From: Candidatus Peregrinibacteria bacterium
GTDB lineage: Bacteria; Patescibacteriota; Gracilibacteria; UBA1369
Assembly: GCA_003153355.1 (NCBI GenBank)
Contig: PLYH01000003.1
Span: forward strand, 38,325-102,324
DNA length: 64,000 bases
Reading direction: 5' to 3'
Shown: positions 29,601-38,933 of the stretch, piece after piece
Layout of the letters: the number at the start of each line of letters is the position of its first letter
How positions within the stretch are numbered: the stretch's first letter is position 1
The notes under the pieces: generated by a model
Database searches by the model: none
What the model saw: the letters and a program-made list of their open reading frames with translations, nothing else
What the model was told of the DNA's origin: nothing
Position numbers and translations under genes: made by a program

Positions 29601-32600
29601 TTGATACGAACGGCCAGTTTATCGGATCACTCGGACTTCATATTGATAACACCAAAAATCTGAAGACAGAAGTTCTGGTCGCCTACGACGGCATGCCCGT
29701 GAACGATCCGAATAAAACTGACGATGATCAATATTTTGTTGATCTTCAAGTCACCAAAAATCAATCCGATCTTACCGCTGCCGACAAAGCGAATCTGGGA
29801 ACCGACAGCAACGGAAATTCTCAGATTTTAAGTCCAGGCGACGCTGCCGGCCTTGCCGGGCTTCAAGGCGGTCCAGCGAAGATCACGCTGCCTCCTGCAA
29901 CCGTTCAGGTGCCCGAACCTTTTGTTTATCTTGATGCCGATCTTGATGTTTCCCATTCGCTCATCACTTCGGAAAAACGCGCAAAAGACGCAACAGAGCC
30001 TTACAATGTTCTGGCCGACAATGATACGGTCCAGTACAGCGTTATATTAAAAAATACTTCATCGCATGATCTGAACAATTTCATGTTCAGCGATATTGCT
30101 CCATCGAACATGACGCTGGACCAGACGACGATGCAATGCAGCGATTGCGGAAAATCAGACAATCTGAAATTTGATGCCACCGGCGAAAGCATGCGTCCTT
30201 ATATCGTTTCAGGATTTTCAATCCCTGCAGGTCAGACCAGAACATTTACCTACAGCGGAGTTGTGGGCAGCACGCCTCGCGTAAAAATCTTTACCGGCAA
30301 AAATCTGACGAAGAGTTTGCCAAGCAATGCGTTGCCGATGATCGGCGCTTCACCGGACAGAAATACCAGCGGACGCATGACCTACTATTATGCGACGTCC
30401 GTTGATCCTGTAACGCAATACGTCAATTACAGTTCCTTCACGACTCCTCCGTCTTCGCCGGCGCCGATCACTCCAGGCAATCCGCAGTTCCCGAATTTCC
30501 CAACCAGCAACGGCGACCTGGGATCAGTAAACAGCGACGGCGTTCCGAACAGCGTTGCCGGGTTTGAACAAGGCTTGATGAATAACGACAGTGACGGCGA
30601 CGGTTTGCCGAATCTTTATGATGATTTGAACGGAGGTTTAAATTCCATCGCAAACGCGACCCAAGGAATTCTTGCAGCATTATCCTGTTCTCAAGGATGT
30701 ATCCCGATGCCGCTTAACTTCGCGTTCCTGGCGCCGGGAGTCATTAATGCGCTTGGCATTCCTGTGGGTTTTGATCCCGGAACACCCATTTTCTGCTGGG
30801 GCGTACCTCCGCTGCTCTTTATCGGCGCGGGACCGATTTGTTACGGCTCATTAGCCGGAAGACTTTATCTGTCACCAACTTTAACGGCGAGTCTTGGCAT
30901 GGGAATCTGTCTCGGTCCATATCTGGCCGGACAATGTTTTGCCTTTAAATTACCGATCGACATGATTCCGTCAGGAATATGCGATGCCATCCAGTCGGGC
31001 ATTGATAATGCGATGTCATCTGCCAGCAGTGCCATTAATTCAGCCGGCAATTCAGGCATGATTCAAAGCGGCCAAAGCGCGGATTCAACCGGGCGAAGTA
31101 CCACAGGAGGCATGTCCGGCAGCACCAATTTAGGTAATTATTCTTACAGTGCAAGCGTGGGAACGAACTTTAGGATACCCAGCTTCCCCGCGGTTATTAC
31201 GAAGTGGCTTGAAGATCAGTCCAGTGAAATCGTGAATAAACTCACCGATCTTCCTGATTTCTATTTCATTTATCCGGATGTGAATTCAATCGCCGGAGCT
31301 TTTGTACCTCAAAAAGGCGCCAACCAGGGCGGCGGACAACCTCAGGCCGGTGTCCTGCAGTCACTGAATCCTACCGGACCAAGTCAGGGCGGCAATCAGG
31401 TTCCGAGTTTCAGTTCAAATCCGCTCGCGAGTGACCCGGCCAAGAGCGTCTTCAGAACCGTGCTCTCATCTCCGAGTAAAATTTTGAGTTATCTGAACAG
31501 CATTCCGCTCATTCAAATTCAGTCGCAGGAAGTGGCCATTAAGATTCCTGCTTTAACCGCGGCGGAAATCGCCAAACTGAAAGCTGATGCGCAGCAGTGG
31601 GTTGAAGATGAACGCAATGAAGTGAACCGCGCACTGCAGGTATGGAGTTGCGGTTATGAGCAGCTTGATCAAAACTGGACGCCTCAAAAATCCGGAACAA
31701 ACGGAACTCCAGGCGCTTCGGCTTCTCCATATCAAACGATGTGCGACAAACTGATCGTGGATATGAGCGCGCTTCGCAACAGCGTTGAAAAAAATCTTGA
31801 TGCTTTGCAAAAATATCTGGAACTTCCGCGCAAGATTCTGGCATGGAAAAATATCGCCGCGAAATATTTGTACCAGATCATCTGTTATCTGGATACAATC
31901 ATGCAGTACACCGGCGGTTATATCAAAAAACAAACCGTGCGCGTGCTGACGTGGATCGGCATGATCAAGAAAATCCGGCAGCTGCTGGAAACCTGGAAGC
32001 TGATCATCAGTCTTATCGTGGATTATCAGGCATCGTGTGACCGCTGCAGTTCATCGCGCTTTACGTTGCTTCAGCTGATTTTGCAGCTGTTTGCCGCCAT
32101 ACCGTCGCCGCCGATCATACCGTTCCCCAAACTGCCGGATATTTATCTGGACGTTTCTCAAATTCAAATCGGTCTGCATATTTTGTGGCCTGACATCAAA
32201 TTTATTCCGGAACGGATTCTGCTTCCAAAGATTCCGCGGATCACTTTGCCGGATCTTCCGACGCTTACGTTGCATCTGCCGGCAATTCCGATTCTTCCAG
32301 ATCCGCCTAATCTGCCGGAACTTCCTGATCTTCCGCCGTTACCGCTTCCGACCCTGCCGGATATTCCTCCTGCGCCCGCTGTTCCCGGACTTCCGGATCA
32401 AATCAAAGCGGTGATCGAAATTTTGAAAACTATCATTAAAATTATTTGTCTGATCCGCAAAGGTTTGATTCCGATTCCGGAATTGAATCTTAAATCTCAG
32501 ATTGAACAGCTAACCGAGCGTCCGCTTACTCCGCTTATTCCGCTGGATCTTGCGGCAATGCTGCAAATTCCGCCGATCAAATATCAGTACGTCGACCATA

Positions 32601-35600
32601 TAGAAATCAAAGCGATTTTAAATCTGCAGCTGGATTTCAGTCCTGTTTACGACTTTGTTCAGGGCATCGCCAACGTGTGGAACAATCTTTCGACGGATCT
32701 TGTGGAGAAACTGAACAAGTCGCTGCAAGATGCCGCTGCCGCTGCAAGTTCGGTCACTTCCGCTGCTACGGCGGGCGGAAATGCCGTGACCGGAGGCGGA
32801 GGAAATATTAACGTCGGAGGCAAATCCAGTGCAGTAATGCAATTACTCGCCCAGGTTCAATCGGCACAAACACAAGCAGGTCAAACGACCATCAGCCAGG
32901 ATGAAATTACCAAACTGTTCGCCGATAATTCACAGGCGCTTGTTGATGTGGCAAGCCTGGACGTTAACAAAGTTCCTCCGGCAAACCTCAACAAAATGCT
33001 CGCGGATCTTGAGAAGAACGATCCGATGCTCGGACATTATTTAGCCGAGTATCAACAGGCCGGAAAAGATCTTCAAAAGACCGTGGCCCAGTATGCCCAG
33101 CAAAATACGACGATTCAAAAAGATATTCATTTGGCCGCAACACAGCGTTATTTGAGCAAAGATGATCCTCTGCTCAACCAGCCGATCGACCAGATCAAGG
33201 CACGCATTTCGACTGAAGATAAACCTGAATATGACGGCCAGAAACAAGTTGCCCAGCTGCGCGATGCACTCATCGCATACACCGACGACAGCAGCCATCT
33301 GATGGATCAATTGGGAAATACTTCCGATCTGAATCAGACCGTAAGCATTCTCGCCCAGGCTCACAGTCTCAATGATTATCTGCCTCAGCCGGGACAGGAC
33401 AACAGCGGACCATTTTATGCTTCAGCTGCACAGAGTGATACAGCTGCGAACACTCCGGCTGTTGCAATGGCGAGTCTCGTGAACGATACGTTCCAGTCTT
33501 TTGCTGACGGCGTGAAGAAAGATTTAAATGATGAGCTGCCTTTGCTTGCTGATTCAGGTTTGCCTCCGGTTCCAACGACACCTGGTTCAAACGGACTTAC
33601 CGAACAGCCGAAAGGCATTTATATCTACAATGCTGATCTGGGCGTCAACGAGCGCCTGATTGAATACACTGACGAGGCCGATAGTCCGTCTCAACTTTTA
33701 TTCATGGATGTTTATAACAACGGCGTACAGGATGCCATCTACAGTTTTGGCGGAAATATTTACATGAAAGAAAACTATAACGCTCCGCGTACGAAAGTTT
33801 ATTACGGCGGAGTTCCGCAAACAAAAAATCTCATCGACTTAATTCCGGCAGCGCCGTCAGTGAACAGCTTCGTTTCAAATTATGTTAATAACAAGAGCGT
33901 TGATCTGAGCTGGAAAGCTCCGACCCAAAGCGATGTTTCCGGATACCAGATTATTTACAAACTGATGCCGGATGCTTTTGTGGAGAACATCAGTCCGATC
34001 ACTCACAAAATTGCCGTGATCGTTCAAGCAGCGGCTGCCACAGCAACACCTGCAACAGTTGTCGTGAACCAGGGAACGTATATGCTTGACGGCCAGAGTC
34101 CTCCAGATAACAAAGCGCCGTCGGGATCTTCCATTAATACGCAGGCAGGCAGTCAGATCACTCTTGATTACGGAGCTTCAGGAAAAATTACCGTTCCTGA
34201 AAATACGACTGTAAAAATTCCGGATATCACTTCTCCATATAACACTGCGCAAGACGTCAACGGAGATTTGTACTTTGACGGCACCAAGCGCACGATTGTT
34301 GTTCCAAACGCCAGCGGATTCAGCGTAACTCCAGGTGAAATCATTCACACCCTTAATCCTGCCAAGTTTACACTCAACGTGGCGGGTACTGCACAAGGGG
34401 AATACGATCTGCCGGTGAACACAGAATTTACCATTCCGACAGATATTCAAGATGCCATAAGCGTTTCTGTTTCTGACGGCGACATTGAAGTGATCGATCC
34501 TCAAACCATCGTCCAGCATCAAAAACTCATGAGCGGCCTGATGCTTGATTTTGATACGCCGATTACATCCGAAGGTGGCAGCGCGCGCGTCATGTTCGGC
34601 GACGGATCTTACGATTATATTGCCCAGGGCGAAGATCTGATGCTCAAGAAACTTGATACGCCGGATAAACCACAAGTTCATCTGGATATCACCAACGGTT
34701 TCTATTATGCGAAAATTCAATCGTTCGACCACCTGGGTTCATTAAGCACAAGCTCGGAAATGCAGCTGCTGGCTCCGTCGATCTGCGCCGATAAAGAACC
34801 GCCACTTCCGAACGGCGGACCTTCAGACCGCACAACGTACATCTTCAAGGCTCTGACGATCGATGCTTCAAAATCTTTTGATACCAACGGCAAAATTATT
34901 TCCTACTACATTGATACTGATCCGACCACAGACAGCGATCACGACGGCGATCCGACGGATGATAAGAATGTGTGCCACGACGCCGATGTAAACACCGACA
35001 CCGACGGTGACGGGATTCCGAACAATGATTGCAGCGATCCGGTCTTTAAACTCGGTCCGTATCAGGATCTTAATGACCGCAAAGTAGTGCTCAACGTGGT
35101 TGATGAATCTTTGAACCGGTCCCAGCAGCCGATCACCATTCATGTGGTGGTTCCGGGAATTTCACTTGATCAGGATGCCGCAACTTCAGGTGTGGCATCG
35201 GGCAATCTTGATGTCCAGGAAAGCGATATTCCGGTCGGCCTGATCCGTGACCGAGGCGGTGTTCTTACTCCGATTGCGACGAAGAGCGCCAATGACAAAG
35301 GCAAATATTTCACCGACGATCAGGGGAAATTTAAAGTCGGCGATATGAATTTGACCGACACGATCGTGATTAAAAACAGCAAAGGCGACATCATCGGTGA
35401 AATCGATCCGAAAACCGGCCGCATCATTTTGAAAGATCCTAATTACGAAATCGATGTTCTTCCGGCTGAAGCGCCGCTGCTGCCGACACGCGTAGTGGTC
35501 AAACAAAAGAGCGACGGAACAATTATTACCGCTCTCTTCCTGGTTCCGGATGTTAATACTGATACGACCATTGATGATCCAAACTTACCGTACAACAAAA

Positions 35601-37438
35601 ATACCACCGCCTTGTTTAAAGGCGCCCATATTAAAGATGATAATGGTTTTGACCAGTTCCAATTCAATAAGATCCCGACTAATGATCCAAGCTTCCCGGG
35701 TGGAACAGAAATTATTGATACAACAACTAAACAGAGAGCAGCTGTTCTTGATACCGGCGGCAATTTCTATCCTTATGACAGCCATTTGAGCCTTCAGCTT
35801 CAAGATACTTCCGACTTGAGTGATCCGCTCGTTATCGAAATACTTTATACAAAAGATGCTTCAACGCCTCCGGCAATTATCGGCGAGTTCAATATTGCCG
35901 TTCACAGCAATAAAGGCGTACAGATTTTATCTTCGGATAAATTCCAGACGTACACGGCACAAAATTCCCAACCGCTGCCTCAGCCGCCGAAGGTGCAGAC
36001 GATAGCGCCGGTTCCTGCGCTGCCTCAGCCGGCTCCGTTTAATGACGTGAACCCGACTACTCCGGATTACCAAAGCATCTTAAATCTTTACCAGAGACAT
36101 GTCCTTGATGATCTGCTGGGATCATCGGCCAATAAAGCTGCATTCGGCCCTGATGTTCCTCTGCTCCGTTCTGAATTTGCGGACATCATGCTGAAAATTT
36201 TCTGTATCGTTCCGAGAACGGAAGCTTACCAGTCGCCTCCTGCATTTACCGATATTCCATATGTTCAGGGAAACTTGCCTTGGTATTATGCCGTGACAAA
36301 AGAAGCTTATTTCCGCGGATTTATTACAGGATATAAAGCTGAAATTGATCCTACCACCGGTAAAACACCGTTCAAACCTGATGCAAATATCAGCAGAGCG
36401 GAAGCTGTCAAAATCATTCTTGAAGCTTTGCAGAAACAGGGCGTGATTGATATGGGACAAGTTCCGGTCGTTGCTCCTTACTATGCTCCGTATATCCAGA
36501 TTGCCCAGGATCTTACGCCTTACCTTAAAGAAAAGAGCCTTGTCAGCCAGCCTTATATTATTACGGCGGACGAAGCAACGAAGCCTGATGAGATTCTTAC
36601 AAGAAGCGAATTTATCGCCATGGCGGACCGTGTCCTCAAAGCTTACGACTGTTATACGGGCGGCAGCTCTTTCATCAACAGCATAACGCCGAATGTCGGA
36701 CCAAGTTCCGGCGGAACTGCAGTTACCATCAGCGGCGCTAATTTTTCACCGAATTCCACACTGACTTTCAACGGCGTTCCTGCCGATAATGTAAAAATTA
36801 TAAACTCAACAACAATCCAGGCTGATTCTCCTGCTCAATCCGGCCCCGGACCTGCGGATGTCGTTGTCACCAATCCAAATTCTGCGTCAACGGTGTTAAA
36901 AAATGGTTTCACGTATCAAGGTTGCAGTCCAAAAGTGAGCAGTATAACTCCGAATTCCGGACCGATGCCGGGAGGTACCGTCATAACCGTTAAGGGCTCC
37001 TGTTTCAATGATCAAACGGCACTTGATCTTCAATCAAAAGGTAATGGCTTACCTGCTCATGTGACGAAAGTTGTTGTTTTGAACAGTACGACGATCGTCG
37101 CAGAAACACCGCCTGATGTCACAGCTGGTCCGGCTGATCTGATTGCTACAAATCCTAACTTCCCGCCAGATACGTTTAACAATGGTTACACCTATACAAC
37201 ACCTCCGGCTGAAAATAATGTTGATCCTCGGCAAAACCTTGGCGAAGGCATCTATGTCATACAGCCGCAATGTAATGTATGTCCTTGTCCTTCAACCATC
37301 GATCACACCGCGGACATTATTCCAGGCGACAAACTTTTTGCGGTAATTTCCAATGACGACAATTCTCAAATCTTCAGCAAGAGTAACGTCGTTGAAATTA
37401 CCGCCATTCCCGAAACCCCTCCAGTAACCGCCGAATAA
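20609..37438 (+). CDS. giant secreted, SLH-anchored multidomain surface protein (5,609 aa)
   Basis: A single uninterrupted 16,830-nt ORF. Sec signal peptide (h-region [22 protein letters not shown]|AP). The modular content is listed as sub-features below. All antisense ORFs are short or repeat-driven. Confidence 0.92.
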   Translation: MQTFRSQYKNFQRNIAGFLIFSLGVQMLQIPIVNAAPFVFPTSLEQQANTGSNTVAENNWGVVAILVESSLLTDTTNYPGMISSYASDLKAQSLSDRIQRYAIDVQSSQEYTKSLIIKVDKNEKVDQVAAALEKLYQEGDGTPNEITKLSGVVIIGDVPLPVVNKKGNHFVSLFPYTNFVDKAYIFNATSGEYEPNPDLKFPKQDVWDGVIKPPVADDTAGDDGRQLLASYFDKNHLFHLGRPDFAQFDKKSLVADLYNEFKGMNTSSYASYLRYLAHWEDFSYLRYSKTLALQFYQEVQSQLKDQGLTDQQLQPKSTCDPQCVIQKNSRNSDFDGDGYSNGYELEVGTKLADGTNQPTDPNSPDSVPLDLTAFPPKLRTDPDPKTYKSTDDGSHLDRPDPPPGSSSVEDSFKTLPDVQSKQIITNFIDQYSQLFDKFLGVVNDWTDNTGRYKSSYLDGGGINQSDVNSLSSLIGIKDDYTSHYLRMVNDTVEQKIDAVIEGAVSNIGYTFNSVPEGTQLFFNFTLGSGSTASLAPGMNLRISDNAGGSSVVTVTSIVNSSSFIVQQVVGPIAKGANVVIVNPGARLYGQVQMLKGAKITGTLTYSSDNSVHNLTEADFLNFSTHTLGFWDSLFINGSAIASSFPASLGSLFNPASSIASCMLYRGSNDNTGKNSVMVQAVRTLDPKTAGKPGDNTAYAECYGNNILHPERCFPVAAQSPIFDINGTKAITPGTVSDAATDYRSCFDFKEKTRFQDYVNEVNNYISQLDGADNEQAKSAIALPGSPYRPADQINLYNADGITITLADILNSFGRGDGKDNDGDGVIDNAAESSTTYGIPVNDWQRIGQTLLQKSQSYLFNGTPEPFAGVKSLSLQVDPAAATDSSSNNVYLDSITYHKDPTNQTIADQLKAGGYANSMPIDNPRYVTFQDKSTDKTYRKVVYPDVFQATSYDDFVNQLKAKETEIQNIANASGISVNMSGQLTGLVNGSQDIFTSPNDTALTIAGSADLTDSFAWRDMNIDTKHAYALSHYLSNLASYNPYAAPVPSGYETTYIVSKPAEDPVTKQTSDALVMRFNGNYPQSEVDPDFQAGQNPPTTPITGPGGGAPSNSSGDFGSFCGQSGPSVIIFSWFCAITDWVKQTAKLMSATVSLQPACTIPTSSLNDALPAPLPSNDLGTGPNGEVQPGGTGGPDKTTKFLISASKDALKTGSSDTLIINIEGVSGSNVVQTGDSKTLVDLNISQVNGKDIAVPISTHPAQLHNGTANITLESTSDEGVFTVKGISPSTPSLGSNTLSIASTKGYISILTYTKNGSLNLGQITGAGFIIKNKDDKIVADVDGTTGMVTITDSGYQLIALPSKADKAARLGVQEKATGTVIASVFFVVDKTKPVVLDDETMDYFAKYKDLTGVHVQDLNIADPYSVETVGADNVSNPSGAYIYLNQGTNKKKIGIVDTMGNIFIDPSLGFQMKPAATSSSPVVFQITDGSGKELFNVYLAAKYPKIQILAPSGDFQDFNLIAFENNMKAAGMSTISQGVGSMLSGKLLGYLDSTVATTAHAQDVSSTQNFSSSQQVKHQIPDTDNDGLNNMDEIILGTAYKNPDTNGNGTKDGQDILKGIDPIKPGNVPIFSDINPSSEGFADIMKLYRRGILHGYPDGTFRPDRAISREEFTKFDLGSICILCAHFNDAIKKAVDLIYHQSPFPDKNITSSLLYCVEESKNRSLISGYQAGPQKGYFIPQANITHAEATKDLLETARQQNNTSIKFVDPSVGAGKPWFYTYVLTAQQEKLFPPGRFSQLDTMDPQSFKAWFDNELNNQNSTFVAWLYADITRTEFAMMTSRLIDKADCYLDDQDGDGLPDNYEKYVFGTDPTNPDTDKGGVDDGTEVANGMNPLDPSDDAKLLDSDGDGLSDYDEIHVYHTDPHKADTDGGGIDDGTEVKNGTNPLDPKDDHLFDGDHDGMPDEWELKNGLNPHDASDANKDPDGDGLTNLQEYQHGTDPHNPDTDGGGVNDGDEVLRGTDPLNKADDHKILKGDEGGYIVGDKVFDNYVYGTPSDSATVGSESLDYIDDIPADGQTSLVVRAEVKNGNGDTDKTTDGETMEFKTSENNTGPYAVLNPTAVKVKQGIAETNIQATTLAGEYIVTADLKGLPVPADDHSVFVTPLDPAKIVMDADSHTLKNGGLSNTIIHAKLEDVNGNLANNNSYRASFTVDGPGTLDASKDEDPATDGIQMTSVTGTYDLMLTTTADPGAIKIHATYLPDTSLLDDSGSTQQSDTQQAAASSVTGDMTIQSRSDLKLLVNADKSSIPSDFTTTDVLNVSIVDGSNNLVSDFDGTAKFNLDNTSLGQLTAGAEQDVKSGISKAIFQSSNHSGSENITVTVAGFDPATTTIKTLPKAAKKITLETPRATIENNTSSTADIVAKLYDTDDNFASNDSSTFVTFNLTDDTKAYGTFDGSTTVQAQNGIAKITIRGTSQSGPLNVVAKGTNLVTASASLESVQLFRSQDLKNASPRTLFAALLGSDYGNVFDENYFGGWFVFSGTTESAVSLLSAPKPNLQLANVDANGKVTVFDTNSLDSRVIPGNAPNLPTRVVLTNPDSSEDLAEVFTVYKPTSQTKATILDASGQVDPTQEGIYVQSIAKNTDYSIQQVSDGVAILKKGNEAVHVYNSGSIKIVDNSFQLQLVQSDTQQFLTFKVTDNSEDVAQLTAVANLSNDVGLLGTDFNFNGTASLKSGTYFHMLSDKDQYRGQVTFSGDSSANPRGMALTDMTQNMPKSQAPGFSYISLEASPEQAGIGYTGDSKFMLLFAAGNSAGESTMPYSSEIGVVLGDPTVRLNNKINVSKTGYTKDVGQEIYFGSENIQDITPMDYNGDGLTDLLVAYTDGRVRLLQNNKANPRFVDKGILLDFPNGIISMTTGDFNHDGLQDLVVATKDSCRQGEVCINEYENHHGNFVLKYLPLQPFTDKNQISMIRSADLNGDGYDDLITSDDTGAIRAFYNKHGEFDTNGQFIGSLGLHIDNTKNLKTEVLVAYDGMPVNDPNKTDDDQYFVDLQVTKNQSDLTAADKANLGTDSNGNSQILSPGDAAGLAGLQGGPAKITLPPATVQVPEPFVYLDADLDVSHSLITSEKRAKDATEPYNVLADNDTVQYSVILKNTSSHDLNNFMFSDIAPSNMTLDQTTMQCSDCGKSDNLKFDATGESMRPYIVSGFSIPAGQTRTFTYSGVVGSTPRVKIFTGKNLTKSLPSNALPMIGASPDRNTSGRMTYYYATSVDPVTQYVNYSSFTTPPSSPAPITPGNPQFPNFPTSNGDLGSVNSDGVPNSVAGFEQGLMNNDSDGDGLPNLYDDLNGGLNSIANATQGILAALSCSQGCIPMPLNFAFLAPGVINALGIPVGFDPGTPIFCWGVPPLLFIGAGPICYGSLAGRLYLSPTLTASLGMGICLGPYLAGQCFAFKLPIDMIPSGICDAIQSGIDNAMSSASSAINSAGNSGMIQSGQSADSTGRSTTGGMSGSTNLGNYSYSASVGTNFRIPSFPAVITKWLEDQSSEIVNKLTDLPDFYFIYPDVNSIAGAFVPQKGANQGGGQPQAGVLQSLNPTGPSQGGNQVPSFSSNPLASDPAKSVFRTVLSSPSKILSYLNSIPLIQIQSQEVAIKIPALTAAEIAKLKADAQQWVEDERNEVNRALQVWSCGYEQLDQNWTPQKSGTNGTPGASASPYQTMCDKLIVDMSALRNSVEKNLDALQKYLELPRKILAWKNIAAKYLYQIICYLDTIMQYTGGYIKKQTVRVLTWIGMIKKIRQLLETWKLIISLIVDYQASCDRCSSSRFTLLQLILQLFAAIPSPPIIPFPKLPDIYLDVSQIQIGLHILWPDIKFIPERILLPKIPRITLPDLPTLTLHLPAIPILPDPPNLPELPDLPPLPLPTLPDIPPAPAVPGLPDQIKAVIEILKTIIKIICLIRKGLIPIPELNLKSQIEQLTERPLTPLIPLDLAAMLQIPPIKYQYVDHIEIKAILNLQLDFSPVYDFVQGIANVWNNLSTDLVEKLNKSLQDAAAAASSVTSAATAGGNAVTGGGGNINVGGKSSAVMQLLAQVQSAQTQAGQTTISQDEITKLFADNSQALVDVASLDVNKVPPANLNKMLADLEKNDPMLGHYLAEYQQAGKDLQKTVAQYAQQNTTIQKDIHLAATQRYLSKDDPLLNQPIDQIKARISTEDKPEYDGQKQVAQLRDALIAYTDDSSHLMDQLGNTSDLNQTVSILAQAHSLNDYLPQPGQDNSGPFYASAAQSDTAANTPAVAMASLVNDTFQSFADGVKKDLNDELPLLADSGLPPVPTTPGSNGLTEQPKGIYIYNADLGVNERLIEYTDEADSPSQLLFMDVYNNGVQDAIYSFGGNIYMKENYNAPRTKVYYGGVPQTKNLIDLIPAAPSVNSFVSNYVNNKSVDLSWKAPTQSDVSGYQIIYKLMPDAFVENISPITHKIAVIVQAAAATATPATVVVNQGTYMLDGQSPPDNKAPSGSSINTQAGSQITLDYGASGKITVPENTTVKIPDITSPYNTAQDVNGDLYFDGTKRTIVVPNASGFSVTPGEIIHTLNPAKFTLNVAGTAQGEYDLPVNTEFTIPTDIQDAISVSVSDGDIEVIDPQTIVQHQKLMSGLMLDFDTPITSEGGSARVMFGDGSYDYIAQGEDLMLKKLDTPDKPQVHLDITNGFYYAKIQSFDHLGSLSTSSEMQLLAPSICADKEPPLPNGGPSDRTTYIFKALTIDASKSFDTNGKIISYYIDTDPTTDSDHDGDPTDDKNVCHDADVNTDTDGDGIPNNDCSDPVFKLGPYQDLNDRKVVLNVVDESLNRSQQPITIHVVVPGISLDQDAATSGVASGNLDVQESDIPVGLIRDRGGVLTPIATKSANDKGKYFTDDQGKFKVGDMNLTDTIVIKNSKGDIIGEIDPKTGRIILKDPNYEIDVLPAEAPLLPTRVVVKQKSDGTIITALFLVPDVNTDTTIDDPNLPYNKNTTALFKGAHIKDDNGFDQFQFNKIPTNDPSFPGGTEIIDTTTKQRAAVLDTGGNFYPYDSHLSLQLQDTSDLSDPLVIEILYTKDASTPPAIIGEFNIAVHSNKGVQILSSDKFQTYTAQNSQPLPQPPKVQTIAPVPALPQPAPFNDVNPTTPDYQSILNLYQRHVLDDLLGSSANKAAFGPDVPLLRSEFADIMLKIFCIVPRTEAYQSPPAFTDIPYVQGNLPWYYAVTKEAYFRGFITGYKAEIDPTTGKTPFKPDANISRAEAVKIILEALQKQGVIDMGQVPVVAPYYAPYIQIAQDLTPYLKEKSLVSQPYIITADEATKPDEILTRSEFIAMADRVLKAYDCYTGGSSFINSITPNVGPSSGGTAVTISGANFSPNSTLTFNGVPADNVKIINSTTIQADSPAQSGPGPADVVVTNPNSASTVLKNGFTYQGCSPKVSSITPNSGPMPGGTVITVKGSCFNDQTALDLQSKGNGLPAHVTKVVVLNSTTIVAETPPDVTAGPADLIATNPNFPPDTFNNGYTYTTPPAENNVDPRQNLGEGIYVIQPQCNVCPCPSTIDHTADIIPGDKLFAVISNDDNSQIFSKSNVVEITAIPETPPVTAE
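25485..26130 (+). other. first SLH (S-layer homology) triplet inside the giant protein
   Basis: [42 protein letters not shown] is a textbook SLH motif. Two further degenerate copies follow (FPDKNITSS...ISGY...ITHAEA and FVDPSVG...ITRTEFA). Confidence 0.7.
26150..26685 (+). repeat. array of thrombospondin type 3-like Ca-binding repeats (three roughly 60-aa super-repeats)
   Basis: Recurrent DxDGDGLxDxxE and TDPxxxDTDGGGxxDGxEVxxGTNPLDPxDD units. The similarity is also visible at DNA level. Confidence 0.8.
26800..28080 (+). other. four consecutive bacterial Ig-like (invasin/Big_1-type) domains
   Basis: Four roughly 95-aa units. Each starts with an ADG/SSxAD-type strand (for example [20 protein letters not shown]) and ends with a G.A...I.A......I.V.A pattern. 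Confidence 0.55.
29180..29600 (+). other. FG-GAP/VCBS-type repeats
   Basis: [38 protein letters not shown] and [23 protein letters not shown]. Confidence 0.7.
29995..30270 (+). other. DUF11-like (conserved repeat) beta-sandwich domain
   Basis: [32 protein letters not shown]...[15 protein letters not shown] resembles the DUF11 repeats of the gene at 61573..64000. Confidence 0.5.
30668..31010 (+). other. Cys/Gly/Pro-rich hydrophobic module of unknown type
   Basis: [108 protein letters not shown]. Eight Cys in about 115 aa and almost no charged residues. Confidence 0.6.
31850..32590 (+). other. amphipathic/hydrophobic helices flanking a Leu-Pro repeat tract
   Basis: [14 protein letters not shown]...[11 protein letters not shown]...[13 protein letters not shown] comes first. 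A roughly 100-aa tract of (I/L)P-x-(L/I)P repeats follows ([59 protein letters not shown]). It ends with [18 protein letters not shown]. Confidence 0.6.
33846..34030 (+). other. possible fibronectin type III-like segment
   Basis: The pattern [24 protein letters not shown] is typical of FN3 strands B-C. Only part of the domain is recognisable. Confidence 0.35.
34780..35150 (+). other. PKD-like domain interrupted by TSP3-like Asp-rich loops
   Basis: [24 protein letters not shown]...[11 protein letters not shown]...[11 protein letters not shown]...[24 protein letters not shown]. Confidence 0.45.
36038..36650 (+). other. second SLH triplet inside the giant protein
   Basis: [23 protein letters not shown]...[10 protein letters not shown]; [30 protein letters not shown]...[11 protein letters not shown]; and a third copy ending [14 protein letters not shown]. 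Confidence 0.7.
36672..37200 (+). other. two IPT/TIG domains
   Basis: [34 protein letters not shown]...[11 protein letters not shown]...[10 protein letters not shown] and [21 protein letters not shown]...[11 protein letters not shown]...[10 protein letters not shown]. Confidence 0.75.
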
Positions 37439-37450
37439 TTCCGCAAAATA

Positions 37451-37459
37451 TGCTATAAT
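37451..37459 (+). promoter_or_regulatory. perfect extended -10 element (TGCTATAAT) 8 nt before the first cassette gene
   Basis: TGCTATAAT at 37451-37459 and ATG at 37468. No SD lies between them. It sits in the 29-nt gap after the giant gene stop. Confidence 0.4.
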
Positions 37460-37467
37460 AAAAAGAT

Positions 37468-38085
37468 ATGAAAAAGCTGATCCCACAATTCAAATTTAAG
37501 CCTCTCACCATGACGGTGATCCTGGCTATGGTGCTGTTTTTCGGAAACTCGCTCCGTCCGACCGAGGCTCAGGTTGCCGCACCTCCGGTTCCATATCCTG
37601 TTGCTCCGGCGGTTGGCGATACAACCGCAGCAAACAACGCCTGCGCTCCGGCAATGGCTGATTTTTCATCAAAACTGCTTGCTGATTTCCGGACATTTTT
37701 GGATACGAATTTCCAGAATAAAGCATCCACCTCGTCGTTGCTTGGAGTTGCCATGGCCAAATACACCCAGATGCGCGATCAACTCTATACGGCCTGGGGC
37801 CAATACTTTCCGAATCAGGGCGTTCCACTCGCCACCAGCGGCGTTCAGCCGGGACAATGTTTACAGATTGTGAACCAGACTCTTTCCGATGCCCAGATTC
37901 TTTTAAGAGACCACGCAGTTCGGACTTCGGGTGTGAAAAAATCCACGGCGCTGCTGGAAAAATATCAGCAGATTAACGCCGAGCTCGCCAATTTATACCA
38001 ACAGTTTGTTTATATGCAGGGATATTTGAATAGTTTTTCCAATAAACTGCCCTGCTACGTCAAAAAGAATTGCGTCAAAGGTTAA
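37468..38085 (+). CDS. secreted protein of unknown family (205 aa), cassette gene 1
   Basis: Signal peptide (TMTVILAMVLFFG...TEA|Q), helical Q/L-rich body, C-terminal CYVKKNC. Confidence 0.7.
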   Translation: MKKLIPQFKFKPLTMTVILAMVLFFGNSLRPTEAQVAAPPVPYPVAPAVGDTTAANNACAPAMADFSSKLLADFRTFLDTNFQNKASTSSLLGVAMAKYTQMRDQLYTAWGQYFPNQGVPLATSGVQPGQCLQIVNQTLSDAQILLRDHAVRTSGVKKSTALLEKYQQINAELANLYQQFVYMQGYLNSFSNKLPCYVKKNCVKG

Positions 38086-38086
38086 T

Positions 38087-38929
38087 ATGAAAAAATATCT
38101 TCCTACAATCAGTCTGTTTGTTCTGGGAATACTCCTCGTCTCGATGAGTGCGATGGTGTTTACCTCTAAAGCACAACAAGCGAATCTGAAAAACCCCTAT
38201 GATTCAGGAACTTTAGGCGTGGACGATATTATCGATACCTATAACAACAACATCAACAAGGCGTTCAACAACTACATCAAACTGATGATGACGAATATGC
38301 AGACGAATCCCGATGATCCGAACGGCAAGCCTTTTCATGCCGACGGAACTCCATTCAGTGTTTCCGACTGCTTTAACAGTCCTCAGAACTACAGCACGTT
38401 TTGCGTGGCCGCTAATTTGCTGGGAGGCAATTCGGATGATTGCCCAGCTGTAACGAAGGATAAAACGACTCCGCTTTCCGAAGGCATGGACGCCTTCTGC
38501 CAACTCGGCGGTAATGCTCTGCCTTTGCAGGGATATATGAATTTCATCGCGGCTTTAAAAAAGCGCACACAAAATATTTTCGATACGCAGGCTGATCAGC
38601 AGTGCTTTATTTCAAAGGTTCCGGTCGCCGGTCCGGTTGTCGGAAAATCTTTGTGTTCCACATCAGCATTTTTTGGTTCAATTCCTCTCATCAATCAAAT
38701 CGTAAAAAGAAAAACCGATATCAATCAGGCCATGGATACTGCAAAAAAAGCTCTGGACCAGACTCTTTCCGCGTATGATCAATTGAAAATCGCATGGCCC
38801 ATTCATTTGAAGTACATAAAAATTTATGCCGATCTGGAAAAATACCGCGACAAGATTGTGGACATCCGCCACCAGACGGACATCTTCCCGAAGAAATTTA
38901 TCGATCTTACCACCACGGCCTGCACCTAA
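38087..38929 (+). CDS. secreted Cys-rich protein of unknown family (280 aa), cassette gene 2
   Basis: Signal peptide (ISLFVLGILLVSMSAMVFTSKA|Q), 8 Cys in the mature part, ends ...TTTACT. The start is 2 nt after the previous stop. Confidence 0.7.
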   Translation: MKKYLPTISLFVLGILLVSMSAMVFTSKAQQANLKNPYDSGTLGVDDIIDTYNNNINKAFNNYIKLMMTNMQTNPDDPNGKPFHADGTPFSVSDCFNSPQNYSTFCVAANLLGGNSDDCPAVTKDKTTPLSEGMDAFCQLGGNALPLQGYMNFIAALKKRTQNIFDTQADQQCFISKVPVAGPVVGKSLCSTSAFFGSIPLINQIVKRKTDINQAMDTAKKALDQTLSAYDQLKIAWPIHLKYIKIYADLEKYRDKIVDIRHQTDIFPKKFIDLTTTACT

Positions 38930-38933
38930 ACCT

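Noticed and set aside
38826-38933. The upstream extension of cassette gene 3 proposed by the ORF track (start 38826).
   Set aside because: The extension overlaps gene 2 by about 100 nt and encodes an Arg/Thr/Ser-rich stretch. A textbook signal peptide (MMKKFLYTIGFLMF…) begins at ATG 38934, 4 nt after the gene 2 stop.
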